A stretch of 64,000 bases of DNA from an uncultured Eubacteriales bacterium (GTDB lineage Bacteria; Bacillota; Clostridia; Oscillospirales; UBA644), in assembly GCA_934454405.1 (NCBI GenBank), contig CAKSFN010000006.1:10503-74502 (forward strand), read 5' to 3'. Under the pieces are notes generated by a model. It did not search any database, had not been told where the DNA came from, and saw only the letters and a program-made list of their open reading frames with translations. A program made the position numbers and the translations under genes. Positions 46,627-55,790 of this stretch are shown here, piece after piece (position 1 is the first letter of the stretch; every line of letters starts with the position of its first letter).

Positions 46627-47598
46627 ATGCTTAATCTGATAAACGGCGTTAATCATTCGCTCATATATTATCTCGGTGTGATTTTTGCGTTTGTTGCAAC
46701 GTTTTTATTTACAAAACTGCTCAGAAAAAAGCTCCCGCGCGACGGCGGCAGAGAATTTGCCGTTGACGGAAAGCTTTCCGAGGGCAAACCGCGCGGCGCG
46801 GGCATAATTTTCGTGCTTGTGTTTGCGGTTGCGGCGCTCGTGTTCGGCGACCTCAATATCGAATACGGCATTTACATATTCATCGTCATTTCCACCATGC
46901 TCACGGGCTTTTTCGACGACGCGTCGTCCGTGCCGTGGAACGAATACAAAAAAGGCATTCTTGACCTGCTTCTCGCTGTCGCGGTCGCCGTTACGTTCCT
47001 GTCTTACAACGACAGCTCCGCAACGCTTGTTATCGCAAACTTCACGTTCGGCATTCACCCCGTTGTGTTCGGTATTCTGACGGTTATCCTCGTCTGGACG
47101 GCGATCAACGTCACCAACTGCACCGACGGCGTGGACGGTCTTTCCGCAACGCTGACCTCGATAACCCTGCTGACGCTTGTTGCGGTCGATGTTATCCGCA
47201 ACGGCGCCGACGGCTTCAACTTCTCAACGCTGATGTTCGTTGCAACGCTGTTCGCGTATCTTTGGTTCAACGCCAACCCCTCGTCGCTTATGATGGGCGA
47301 CGCCGGTTCGCGCGCCATGGGTATGGTCATCGCGCTTGCCGCACTCAAAACGGGCAGCCCGTTCATTTACATTCCCGCGTCGATAGTTATGCTCGTTGAC
47401 GGCGGTCTCGGACTTGTTAAGGTTTCGATGAAGCGTTTTCTTCACATCAAAATTTTCTGGAACATCAGAACGCCCGTCCACGACCACATGCGCAAAAACC
47501 GCGGCTGGTCAAACACGCAGGTCGATTACCGTTTCGCCGTTGTTCAGGCGGTTGTGTCCGCCGTTACCGTGTTTGTCACGCTCCTTTGGGCAAAGTGA
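46627..47598 (+). CDS. MraY/WecA-family (glycosyltransferase 4) polyprenyl-phosphate sugar-phosphate transferase, divergent paralogue
   Basis: FFDD, NVTNCTDGVDGLSA and MGDAGSRAMG motifs, about 10 TM helices, not in a dcw cluster. Start at MLNLING, after GGAGG. Confidence 0.7.
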   Translation: MLNLINGVNHSLIYYLGVIFAFVATFLFTKLLRKKLPRDGGREFAVDGKLSEGKPRGAGIIFVLVFAVAALVFGDLNIEYGIYIFIVISTMLTGFFDDASSVPWNEYKKGILDLLLAVAVAVTFLSYNDSSATLVIANFTFGIHPVVFGILTVILVWTAINVTNCTDGVDGLSATLTSITLLTLVAVDVIRNGADGFNFSTLMFVATLFAYLWFNANPSSLMMGDAGSRAMGMVIALAALKTGSPFIYIPASIVMLVDGGLGLVKVSMKRFLHIKIFWNIRTPVHDHMRKNRGWSNTQVDYRFAVVQAVVSAVTVFVTLLWAK

Positions 47599-47642
47599 TT
47601 TAACGGTATATTCATAGATTTAGGCATATTCATTCAGAAAAC

Positions 47643-47678
47643 AAATCCCGCAGAGTTTTTTCACTCCGCGGGATTTTT
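47643..47678. terminator. Bidirectional terminator
   Basis: AAATCCCGC..GAG-loop-CTC.GCGGGATTT, then a T run. Confidence 0.7.
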
Positions 47679-47708
47679 GCGTATGTCTGAAATTTTATGA
47701 AAAAGAGC

Positions 47709-48089
47709 TTATTCAACTTCGTGGTCTTTGATCCAGTTAAGTACGTCTTCGTAACAATTTTGCCCGGCAGCAACAGACAATCCGAGCTCTGCGACTTCGG
47801 CGTCTGTTGAAAATATTTTAATACCGTTCACTTCCATGAACGTAATCATAACAAACATACCTATTCGCTTGTTTCCGTCAACAAAAGCGTGATTTGAAAT
47901 CAATGCATATCCGAGTTTTGCAGCCTTTTCTTCAATTGTTTTGAATAATTCTTCTCCGTCGAAAGTTTGAAAAGCACTTGAAATCGCAGATTCAATGAGA
48001 GATTCGTCACGAACTCCGATATCTCCGCCTGTCTGCTCTGAAACTAATTTATGAAGCAGCAGAATTTTGTCTTTCGAAAACTTTATCAT
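47709..48089 (-). CDS. doc: Doc (death-on-curing) Fic-fold toxin
   Basis: NHAFVDGNKRIG motif, 126 aa, 4-nt overlap with the upstream antitoxin. Confidence 0.88.
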   Translation of the reverse strand: MIKFSKDKILLLHKLVSEQTGGDIGVRDESLIESAISSAFQTFDGEELFKTIEEKAAKLGYALISNHAFVDGNKRIGMFVMITFMEVNGIKIFSTDAEVAELGLSVAAGQNCYEDVLNWIKDHEVE

Positions 48090-48328
48090 TTTGCCAGTTC
48101 CTCAAAAGCCTTTCTGTACTTTTTCAAAACTCTTGCCGCAACAATATCAATTCTTTCATCATCAGTCAATTCAAGCTGGGGTTCTTTTTCCGTGTTGACA
48201 AGAATGTATTTTGGCTTTCCGTGCTTAAATACTACCGCTTTACCGTATTTATCCGCAATACGCGTCACTTTTGAGAAGTTTTGGCTTGCGGCTGTTACAG
48301 TTATAACTTGATTAGTGTCAATTATCAT
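48086..48328 (-). CDS. phd: Phd/YefM antitoxin
   Basis: 80 aa with a Phd-like N-terminus (..ITVTAASQNFSKV...GKAVVFKHGKPKYILV), upstream of doc. Confidence 0.82.
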   Translation of the reverse strand: MIIDTNQVITVTAASQNFSKVTRIADKYGKAVVFKHGKPKYILVNTEKEPQLELTDDERIDIVAARVLKKYRKAFEELAK

Positions 48329-48353
48329 TTGTGCATCACACCTTCCTTAATAA

Positions 48354-48382
48354 ATTATACATGTATTATACCTATTTGTCAA
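48354..48382 (-). promoter_or_regulatory. Consensus promoter of phd-doc
   Basis: On the minus strand: TTGACA-17 nt-TATAAT. Confidence 0.65.
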
Positions 48383-48437
48383 TATAAAGTTTTTACTTTT
48401 GTTTTTTTATTATTTTTTTTAAATTTTCGTTTCCCTA

Positions 48438-48466
48438 TTGCATTTTGATACAAGCTATGATATAAT
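48438..48466 (+). promoter_or_regulatory. Sigma-A type promoter of the surface-protein gene
   Basis: TTGCAT-17 nt-TATAAT with TGn extension. Confidence 0.6.
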
Positions 48467-48537
48467 TAATGCATAACCCAATATTAAATTGTGAAACGCG
48501 GCTCTCTTGCGCCGTAACAGATGACGGAGGATTGAAA

Positions 48538-50079
48538 ATGAAGAAACGAGTATTTTGTATTCTGCTTGCCGTAATGCTGTCGTTCGGGCTGTTGGCTCTT
48601 GCTGCCAATGCCGATGGCGAAGAAAGGGAGATCCAGCTGATTTTCGACCTTGACGGCGGCTTTGTTAACGAGGGGTATACGTTGCCGACAAGTTATATTT
48701 TCGGTGAGAATATCCCTTTCCCGACGTCTGCCGACGTTTATAAGCCGGGGCACCGTCTCACGGGTTGGACGTATGTGCCGACGGGTCCGGGCGTTTCGAC
48801 TTACAAAGCAAAATGGTCTGCAATAAAGTATTATGTTTCTTTCGACACGCAAGGCGGAACGTCTGTTCCCGAAAAAACGCTTTACTATTCGGATAAGGTT
48901 CTTGAAGGCGTTTCCGACCCCGTAAGAGAGGGCTTCGAGTTCAAAGGCTGGCGCTTCAAAGATACTTTTGTGACCGCCGATACCGAATTCGGCGACCTTG
49001 AAACAGACGGTTGGCTTCGAATAAAACTTGTCGCAGTTTGGCACGACACGGTTGCGCCCGAGGGCATGATAACGCTCCGCGGCTATAATTGGATTGATTT
49101 TACCACTCCGCTTACCTATGAATGGTACTGTGCAGATACGCAGACCGTCACGGTCACGGCTTACGATAACGGCACCGTCATGATGATAGGCTATATTATT
49201 TCATCGCGGGATATGTCCGTTGCCGACCTGGAAAACGCGGTGTACGCCTCTTATGAAGAGCCTATTGTTCTTGACGAGGACGGCGAATATATCATTTACG
49301 TCATAATAGTTGACGGCGGAATGAATACTCGGTATATCCGCTCCGACCGCATAATAATAGACAAGACCGCGCCCGTTATAAACGGGATCGAGGACGGCAG
49401 AATATACTGCTCCGGGCAAACGTTCACGGTCACTGAGGAATACCTGTACGGCGTATACGTAAACAACGAGGAGATCAAGCCCGAAAACGGCGTTTATACG
49501 CTTCCGTTCGGTAAAAACAGCATCGTTGTTTACGACGAGGCGGGAAACAGAACGACCGCCGACGTGACCGTTTACGACGGGCATACTCCGGGCTTGAACC
49601 TCGGCGACTGCACGATTCCCGTTTACTGCGTATACTGCTCCGAAGTTGTCACCGCCGCGAAAGAACACGATTTCTCCGGCGAGTGGCTCTCCGACGAAAA
49701 CGGTCATTGGCATGAATGCCAAAATGCAGGCTGCGAAATAACCGACGCTGCCGTTGCCCATGCTCCCGATGAAAACGGCATTCGCGCCGACGGGGAAAAA
49801 CATTGGAATGAGTGCATTTGCGGCGTTCGTCTTGATGAAGACGCTCACACCTTTGAGTGGATAACGGACCGCGAGGCGACCGAAGACGAAACGGGCGAAA
49901 AACACGAAGAATGTTCCGTCTGCGGCACAAAAAGAAACGAAGGCACGGAAATTCCCAAAAAGGAAAAAACGCCGCCGACCTCAGACTCCGAAAGCCTTGC
50001 GGCGTGGATCGCTGCCGCGGCTGTTTCTTCACTCTGCCTTGCGGGACTGTACATTTTCGCAAGGAAAAGAGTTTTCTGA
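48538..50079 (+). CDS. Cell-surface protein with Listeria-Bacteroides (InlB B-type) repeats, Ig-like middle, His/Cys-rich repeats and C-terminal TM anchor
   Basis: Signal peptide. Contains F..DGG and V.FDTQGGTSV....Y......P.REGFEFKGW repeats and a C-terminal hydrophobic helix plus RKR. Start at MKKRVF, after GGAGG. Confidence 0.75.
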   Translation: MKKRVFCILLAVMLSFGLLALAANADGEEREIQLIFDLDGGFVNEGYTLPTSYIFGENIPFPTSADVYKPGHRLTGWTYVPTGPGVSTYKAKWSAIKYYVSFDTQGGTSVPEKTLYYSDKVLEGVSDPVREGFEFKGWRFKDTFVTADTEFGDLETDGWLRIKLVAVWHDTVAPEGMITLRGYNWIDFTTPLTYEWYCADTQTVTVTAYDNGTVMMIGYIISSRDMSVADLENAVYASYEEPIVLDEDGEYIIYVIIVDGGMNTRYIRSDRIIIDKTAPVINGIEDGRIYCSGQTFTVTEEYLYGVYVNNEEIKPENGVYTLPFGKNSIVVYDEAGNRTTADVTVYDGHTPGLNLGDCTIPVYCVYCSEVVTAAKEHDFSGEWLSDENGHWHECQNAGCEITDAAVAHAPDENGIRADGEKHWNECICGVRLDEDAHTFEWITDREATEDETGEKHEECSVCGTKRNEGTEIPKKEKTPPTSDSESLAAWIAAAAVSSLCLAGLYIFARKRVF

Positions 50080-50200
50080 TTGCGGAGCGCCGCCGCGTAA
50101 AAACGAACGGCAAATATAATATTGCTCAGAAAAAATTTCTATACAGGCGATAAATTATCCGTCAAAAACAGATAATTTGCTCGTATAACCGATCCTTCGG

Positions 50201-50240
50201 GAACCGCCGCGCGGCAAAGACGCGGCGGTTCTCACTTTTT
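50201..50240 (+). terminator. Rho-independent terminator
   Basis: GAACCGCCGCG-N9-CGCGGCGGTTC, then TCACTTTTT. Confidence 0.6.
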
Positions 50241-50371
50241 GCATATAGGTTGTATCTTTTCCATATTTATCGGTATCAAAGAAAAAGATTTATCGGATAA
50301 CTGCATATATCCGAAATCGGCAGCAGAAAAATTTTCTTCCCGCTGCCGATTTTTAATAGTGTTGTTTTCTG

Positions 50372-51787
50372 TCAGCCCGCTGTTTTATAATCTTTTGTCT
50401 GCAAAACAATGTCTTTGTAACTCACGAGTGTTACATTTCCCATTTTGTTTGCTTCGTCGATACATCCTTTGCTGAACCCCGATTTTGAAAACAGGTACAA
50501 CCGGATATTTTTATATGAAAACAGTTTGCTGCGCTTTGCGAGGGTTTCCAAAACGCTCAAATCAACTTTTTCATTCGTCCATTTGCATTCCGCAAACACT
50601 GCGGTGTCCTTGTCCTGCTCTCCCATGATGTCTATTTCCTCCTGACGCTTTTCAACCGGGTCATTGCCCCACCAACGTCCGAGTGATTTGAACTCAACGG
50701 GACAGTTACCCGTTAAAAGTTGTTTCCAAAGATATTGTTTGCAAATGTCTTCAAAGACTTTTCCCATATAATCGGATAACATCGGCTCGATACGCCTGTA
50801 CACCAAATCTGCGGCGCCTCTGGCGATAACGGAATTGTTTTCGAATACAAAGCGATACCAAAACCGAAACATATTATCCTCAATGGAATACACCGATTTT
50901 CGGGACGCCTTTTCTCCGTAAGGGGTCTCTTTTTGCACAATGCCCAGATTTATCAGGCTTTTGATGTAAGAGGAGCAAACATTTGTATTTTCTCCCACTT
51001 TGCCAGAAATTTCGGATATTCGGGAGGCTCCCGTGGCTATCGCCGTAATGATTGCCGTGTAAACTGCGGGTTCGCGCACTTCCTGTTTCAGCAGGTTGAG
51101 AGGCTCTTCATACAAAAAAGAGACAGGATTCAGAAACGTGTTTTTGATGTTATCTTCAACACTTAACGAATCGTTCATCTGCAACAGATATTGCGGCGTT
51201 CCTCCCGCAATGCCGTATATCAATGCCTTATCTTCATCTGAAAACTTCTTGAAGTAACGGCACGTCTCTTCAAAGTTAAAAGGCAGTATTTTCATTTGCG
51301 CCGTTCTTCTGCCGTATAAAGGCGCTTTGTACGCAAGAACATGATCTTCCATATATGATATCGAAGACCCGCAAAGAATAAGCATCAGTTTGGACGTGTC
51401 TTTATACTTGTCTATCAACAGTTGCAGGGTGGAGGAGAGACTTTTTGACGAACGGGCAACATACGGATATTCGTCTATCGCAAGAATCAGTCTTTCCGTC
51501 TCCGCAAGTTTGAACACATATTCGAGTGCCGCCTGAAATGAGACAAACGAAGTGTCCGCTTCTATTCCTCTGCCGTATTCCAATATACTCTTGCTTAAAT
51601 TTTCAAGGTTTTGGTTTGCGTTGCTTTCCACCCCCGTGAAGTAGATCGCTTTTTTACCGTCGAGAAATTTATTGATAAGCGCAGTTTTTCCGACGCGGCG
51701 CCGCCCGTATATTACCGCAAGCTCAAATTTATCTGACGTATATAATCCTTCCAGAGCGTTCAACTCCCGCTCTCTTCCGATAAACAT
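50372..51787 (-). CDS. AAA ATPase with DUF234/PD-(D/E)xK-like C-terminus (archaeal-ATPase type)
   Basis: Walker A GRRRVGKTA, Walker B LAIDEYPY and a C-terminal EIDIMGE...FAECKW. Confidence 0.8.
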   Translation of the reverse strand: MFIGRERELNALEGLYTSDKFELAVIYGRRRVGKTALINKFLDGKKAIYFTGVESNANQNLENLSKSILEYGRGIEADTSFVSFQAALEYVFKLAETERLILAIDEYPYVARSSKSLSSTLQLLIDKYKDTSKLMLILCGSSISYMEDHVLAYKAPLYGRRTAQMKILPFNFEETCRYFKKFSDEDKALIYGIAGGTPQYLLQMNDSLSVEDNIKNTFLNPVSFLYEEPLNLLKQEVREPAVYTAIITAIATGASRISEISGKVGENTNVCSSYIKSLINLGIVQKETPYGEKASRKSVYSIEDNMFRFWYRFVFENNSVIARGAADLVYRRIEPMLSDYMGKVFEDICKQYLWKQLLTGNCPVEFKSLGRWWGNDPVEKRQEEIDIMGEQDKDTAVFAECKWTNEKVDLSVLETLAKRSKLFSYKNIRLYLFSKSGFSKGCIDEANKMGNVTLVSYKDIVLQTKDYKTAG

Positions 51788-51826
51788 ATTTGTTCACCTC
51801 TGTTTTCAATCTGTCTTTATAAACAT

Positions 51827-51855
51827 AGTATACCACGTTTTTATGATTTAGTCAA
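51827..51855 (-). promoter_or_regulatory. Sigma-A type promoter of the DUF234 ATPase gene
   Basis: On the minus strand: TTGACT-17 nt-TATACT with TGn extension. Confidence 0.6.
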
Positions 51856-51915
51856 GTACGATTTGCCAAATCGTATCTGACTAAATTATGATTTTGCAAA
51901 TCGTATCTGACTAAA
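51847..51915. promoter_or_regulatory. Operator-like 18-bp sites (one inverted pair plus a third direct copy)
   Basis: AAATCGTATCTGACTAAA at 51868 and 51898 is perfect. The inverted partner TTTAGTCAAGTACGATTT at 51847 matches 16/18 and overlaps the -35 box. Confidence 0.65.
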
Positions 51916-52020
51916 CTCCCGATTTTATCCTTTGAGCGCCATATTTTCAATAATAGCCAAAACGCATAAACCTTATTTATGAATATTTAACGATATTGCA
52001 CATTCGGCGCATTTTCAATC

Positions 52021-52049
52021 TTGCATTTATAGGAAATGTGTGATATAAT
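52021..52049 (+). promoter_or_regulatory. Sigma-A type promoter of the etf operon
   Basis: TTGCAT-17 nt-TATAAT with TGn extension. Confidence 0.6.
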
Positions 52050-52112
52050 CTTGTAGAATATGATATAACTCTTATACTTTAATGATATAACCTCAGGAGG
52101 AGACTTCCGAAT

Positions 52113-52901
52113 ATGAATATCGTTGTGTGTGTCAAGCAGGTTCCCGGCACGACAAATGTTGCCGTTGACCCGGAAACGGGCACGCTCGTCCGCGACGGCG
52201 TAGAGAGCAAGCTGAACCCTTACGACCTGTTTGCGCTGGAAACAGCATTTGAGCTGAAAGACCGCTGCGGCGGAACGGTTTCAACCGTGACCATGGGACC
52301 GCCTCAGGCGAAAGAAGCGCTTCTCGAAACCGTTTATATGGGCGCGGACAGGGGAGTGCTGATAAGCGACCGAAAGTTCGCGGGTGCGGACGTTCTGGCG
52401 ACGTCGTACACGCTTGTCGGCGGCATAAAAAAGCTTGATTGCGACCTTGTTATCTGCGGCAAACTGACAACGGACGGCGACACAGCCCAGGTCGGCGCGG
52501 AGATAGCCGAGCATCTCGGCTGCGCCCACGCGGCGAACGTCACGGAAGTGCTTGAAGTGACGGACGAAACGATAACCGTCCGTATGAATCTCGAAACCTC
52601 CACGCAGGTTCAGCGTATGCGTCTGCCGTGCCTTATCTGCGTTGACAAGGACATAAACTCGCCCCGTCTGCCGTCCTGCAGGCGCAAATGGCAGACCGAC
52701 GAGGAAAAACAGATAAGCGTGCTGACGTTTGAAGATATGGAGGACCGCGACCCCGCGCATTACGGGCTTGCGGGCTCACCCACGCAGGTCGATAAGATAT
52801 TCCCGCCCGAAAAAAACGAGAACAAAGAGATTTTCGAAGGCACTTCCTCCGAACTTGCGGACGGCATCTTCGGGCTTTTGAAAACAGGCAAATTTATATA
52901 A
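52113..52901 (+). CDS. etfB: Electron transfer flavoprotein beta subunit
   Basis: MNIVVCVKQVP....V........L.R.......NP.D..ALE, the typical EtfB N-terminus. Confidence 0.9.
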   Translation: MNIVVCVKQVPGTTNVAVDPETGTLVRDGVESKLNPYDLFALETAFELKDRCGGTVSTVTMGPPQAKEALLETVYMGADRGVLISDRKFAGADVLATSYTLVGGIKKLDCDLVICGKLTTDGDTAQVGAEIAEHLGCAHAANVTEVLEVTDETITVRMNLETSTQVQRMRLPCLICVDKDINSPRLPSCRRKWQTDEEKQISVLTFEDMEDRDPAHYGLAGSPTQVDKIFPPEKNENKEIFEGTSSELADGIFGLLKTGKFI

Positions 52902-52914
52902 GGAGGACGGCGAA

Positions 52915-54111
52915 ATGATATCTTTGAAAATAAACAACGCGCTCGTCACTCCGCTTGCGGCGGAAGCGCTTATAAAAGTCTGTCCGTTCTCTGCCATTAC
53001 ATACGAAAACGGAGCGCTTGACATCGGCGCCGGCTGCCGTATGTGCAAACTTTGCGTCAAAAAAGGTCCCGAGGGCGTTGTTTCGCTTGTCGAGACCCAC
53101 GACGAGCTTGTGGATAAATCGCTCTGGAACGGTGTTTGCGTTTACGCGGAAGCCGAGGAAGGAACTCTCCACCCCGTCACATTTGAACTCATCGGCAAAG
53201 CCCGCGAGCTTGCGGCTGTGACAAAACACGAGGTCTATGCGCTGCTTATCGGTCACAACACCGAAAAGAACGTCAAAGCGCTGCTCGAATACGGCGTTGA
53301 CCGCGTTTATGTTTATGATTATCCCGAATTTGAGGATTTCCTGATCCTTCCTTACGCGAACGCTTTCGAGGACTTCATCGAGCGTGTCAAGCCCTCGTCC
53401 GTTCTCGTCGGCGCGACCAATGTCGGACGCTCTCTCGCGCCACGTATCGCCGCCCGTTTCAGAACGGGGCTGACAGCGGACTGCACCGTGCTTGAAATGT
53501 ACGAAAACACAGACCTTGTTCAGATACGCCCTGCGTTCGGCGGCAACATTATGGCAAAGATACTTTGTCCGAAGACCCGTCCGCAGCTCTGCACGGTACG
53601 TTACAAGATTTTCTCCGCGCCCGAAAAGACCGAGCCTCACGGCGAAGTTTTCAAAATGGAACTCGCGCCCGAAAAAAGAGAAACGACGACCGAGGTTCTC
53701 GAAGTCATAAAAAAAGCGAAAGAAAAGGATATATCCGACGCGGAAATAATCGTTGCCGCGGGCAGGGGAATAAAAAAAGAAGAAGATTTTGAGCTTGTCC
53801 GCCGCCTCGCCGACCTTCTCGGCGCGGAAATCGCCGGAACACGCCCGATAATCGAGCTCGGCTGGCTTGACCCCAAGCGTCAGATAGGGCTTTCGGGCAG
53901 AACAGTCAAGCCCAAGCTGATAATAACCGTCGGCATCAGCGGCGCCGTTCAGTTCGCGGCGGGCATGAAAAGCTCCGACCGCATAATCGCGATAAACTCC
54001 GATCCTGCCGCTTCCATATTCAATATCGCGCATTACGGCTTTGTAGGCGACCTTTACGAAATTATGCCCAAACTCATCGAAAAAATCGCGGAGGAAAAAC
54101 AAAATGTATAA
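52915..54111 (+). CDS. etfA: Electron transfer flavoprotein alpha subunit with N-terminal ferredoxin-like domain
   Basis: N-terminal Cys cluster (CPFSAI...GCRMCKLC) and the EtfA FAD-binding C-terminus ([12 protein letters not shown].......IAIN.D). Confidence 0.88.
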   Translation: MISLKINNALVTPLAAEALIKVCPFSAITYENGALDIGAGCRMCKLCVKKGPEGVVSLVETHDELVDKSLWNGVCVYAEAEEGTLHPVTFELIGKARELAAVTKHEVYALLIGHNTEKNVKALLEYGVDRVYVYDYPEFEDFLILPYANAFEDFIERVKPSSVLVGATNVGRSLAPRIAARFRTGLTADCTVLEMYENTDLVQIRPAFGGNIMAKILCPKTRPQLCTVRYKIFSAPEKTEPHGEVFKMELAPEKRETTTEVLEVIKKAKEKDISDAEIIVAAGRGIKKEEDFELVRRLADLLGAEIAGTRPIIELGWLDPKRQIGLSGRTVKPKLIITVGISGAVQFAAGMKSSDRIIAINSDPAASIFNIAHYGFVGDLYEIMPKLIEKIAEEKQNV

Positions 54112-55495
54112 TAAGGTGACAGACAGCGACATCGAATTTCTCCGCGCCGCGACCTCTCCCGACCGTGTGCTTGTCGGCGATGAGATAAGCGAGGATTACA
54201 GCCACGACGAGCTTGCAGGCGTCAAAGCCATGCCCGAAGTCCTCGTCCGCGTGCTTTATACCGAAGAGGTTTCAAAAATAATGAAACACGCGTACGAACG
54301 CAATATCCCCGTCGTTGTCCGCGGCTCGGGTACGGGGCTTGTCGGCGCGTGCGTCGCGATAAACGGCGGAATTATGATAGAAACCGCCTTTATGAACAAG
54401 ATACTTGAACTTGACACGGAAAACCTCGCCGTCACCGTTCAGCCCGGCGTCCTGCTTATGGAGCTTGCCGCATTCGTCGAAGAGCACGACCTGTTCTATC
54501 CGCCCGACCCCGGTGAAAAAAGCGCGACGATAGGCGGCAACATCAGCACCAACGCAGGCGGAATGCGCGCCGTAAAATACGGCGTCACACGCGATTACGT
54601 CCGCGGTCTTACCGTAGTTCTTCCCAACGGCGAAATCGAAACGTTCGGCGGCAAAGTCGTCAAAAACAGCGCCGGTTACAGCCTCAAAGACCTTATCGTC
54701 GGCTCGGAAGGCACTCTTGCCGTTGTGACGGAAGCAATTTTGAAACTCGTTCCTCTCCCCAAAAAGAGCGTGTCGCTTCTCGCTCCGTTCCCGAGCATAG
54801 ACATGGCGCTTGAAGCCGTGCCCGAAATAATCAAGTCGAAAGCGTCGCTTACCGCAATAGAATTTATGGAGCGCGACACAATACTTTTCGCCGAAGAATA
54901 TCTCGGCAAAAAATTCCCCGACAAAAGCGGCGTTGCGTACCTGCTCCTGACCGTTGACGGCAATATGCCGCTCGCGGTCAACGCGGAGATCGAAAACGTC
55001 GCCCGTCTCTGCGTGGATATGGGCGCGCTCGACGCGTTTATCGTGGACACCGATGAGCGTAAAAATTCCGTCTGGTCAACGCGCGGCGCTTTCCTTGAAG
55101 CGATAAAGGCGTCTGCCGGCGAAATGGACGAGTGCGACGTCGTCGTGCCCCGCAACCGCGTCGCGGATTTTATCAAGTATACGCATAAGATAGCGGAAGA
55201 ACTTGCCATACGCATTCCGAGCTTCGGGCACGCGGGCGACGGCAACTTCCATGTTTATATCTGCCGCGACGACCTATCCAAGGAAGAGTTTGAGAAAAAA
55301 CTCGCGATAGCGTTCGAGCGTATGTACCGCAAAAGTTACGAACTCCGAGGCCTCGTCTCGGGCGAACACGGCATAGGCTACGCAAAAAAATCGTTTATGG
55401 CGGAACAGTACGGCGCGACTCAGGTCGAAATAATGCGCGGCATAAAGCGCGCCTTCGACCCCAAAAACATTCTGAACCCCGACAAGGTTATCTGA
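54104..55495 (+). CDS. FAD-linked oxidase (GlcD / D-lactate dehydrogenase type)
   Basis: FAD-binding PCMH-type domain ([11 protein letters not shown]) and a C-terminal GEHGIG. 8-nt overlap with etfA. Confidence 0.85.
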   Translation: MYNKVTDSDIEFLRAATSPDRVLVGDEISEDYSHDELAGVKAMPEVLVRVLYTEEVSKIMKHAYERNIPVVVRGSGTGLVGACVAINGGIMIETAFMNKILELDTENLAVTVQPGVLLMELAAFVEEHDLFYPPDPGEKSATIGGNISTNAGGMRAVKYGVTRDYVRGLTVVLPNGEIETFGGKVVKNSAGYSLKDLIVGSEGTLAVVTEAILKLVPLPKKSVSLLAPFPSIDMALEAVPEIIKSKASLTAIEFMERDTILFAEEYLGKKFPDKSGVAYLLLTVDGNMPLAVNAEIENVARLCVDMGALDAFIVDTDERKNSVWSTRGAFLEAIKASAGEMDECDVVVPRNRVADFIKYTHKIAEELAIRIPSFGHAGDGNFHVYICRDDLSKEEFEKKLAIAFERMYRKSYELRGLVSGEHGIGYAKKSFMAEQYGATQVEIMRGIKRAFDPKNILNPDKVI

Positions 55496-55532
55496 TTGTT
55501 TCGGCTCTCAAAAAAAATATTTACCCGAAGGG

Positions 55533-55571
55533 GCTGTAAAAAGCGCAGGTTTTTACGGCTCCTTTTGTTTT
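55533..55571 (+). terminator. Rho-independent terminator of the etf operon
   Basis: GCTGTAAAAA-N7-TTTTTACGGC, then TCCTTTTGTTTT. Confidence 0.6.
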
Positions 55572-55790
55572 ATGCCCGTTCGATTATTGACATTCAACCG
55601 AATAAATGCTATAATTATATCGGTATATCGGCTGTCGATTCTTTTTTCGGCAGCCCGAAAACTTTCCGCGACGGGGGAGAACAGTTTTCGCGGAGCGGAT
55701 TCTGCCGCGGCGAACGTTCCCGACGGCGTTTCCGCCGCATATAAAAAGAAAAAAATAAAAAACATAAAAAGAGACAAAAGAGGTTTAAAA

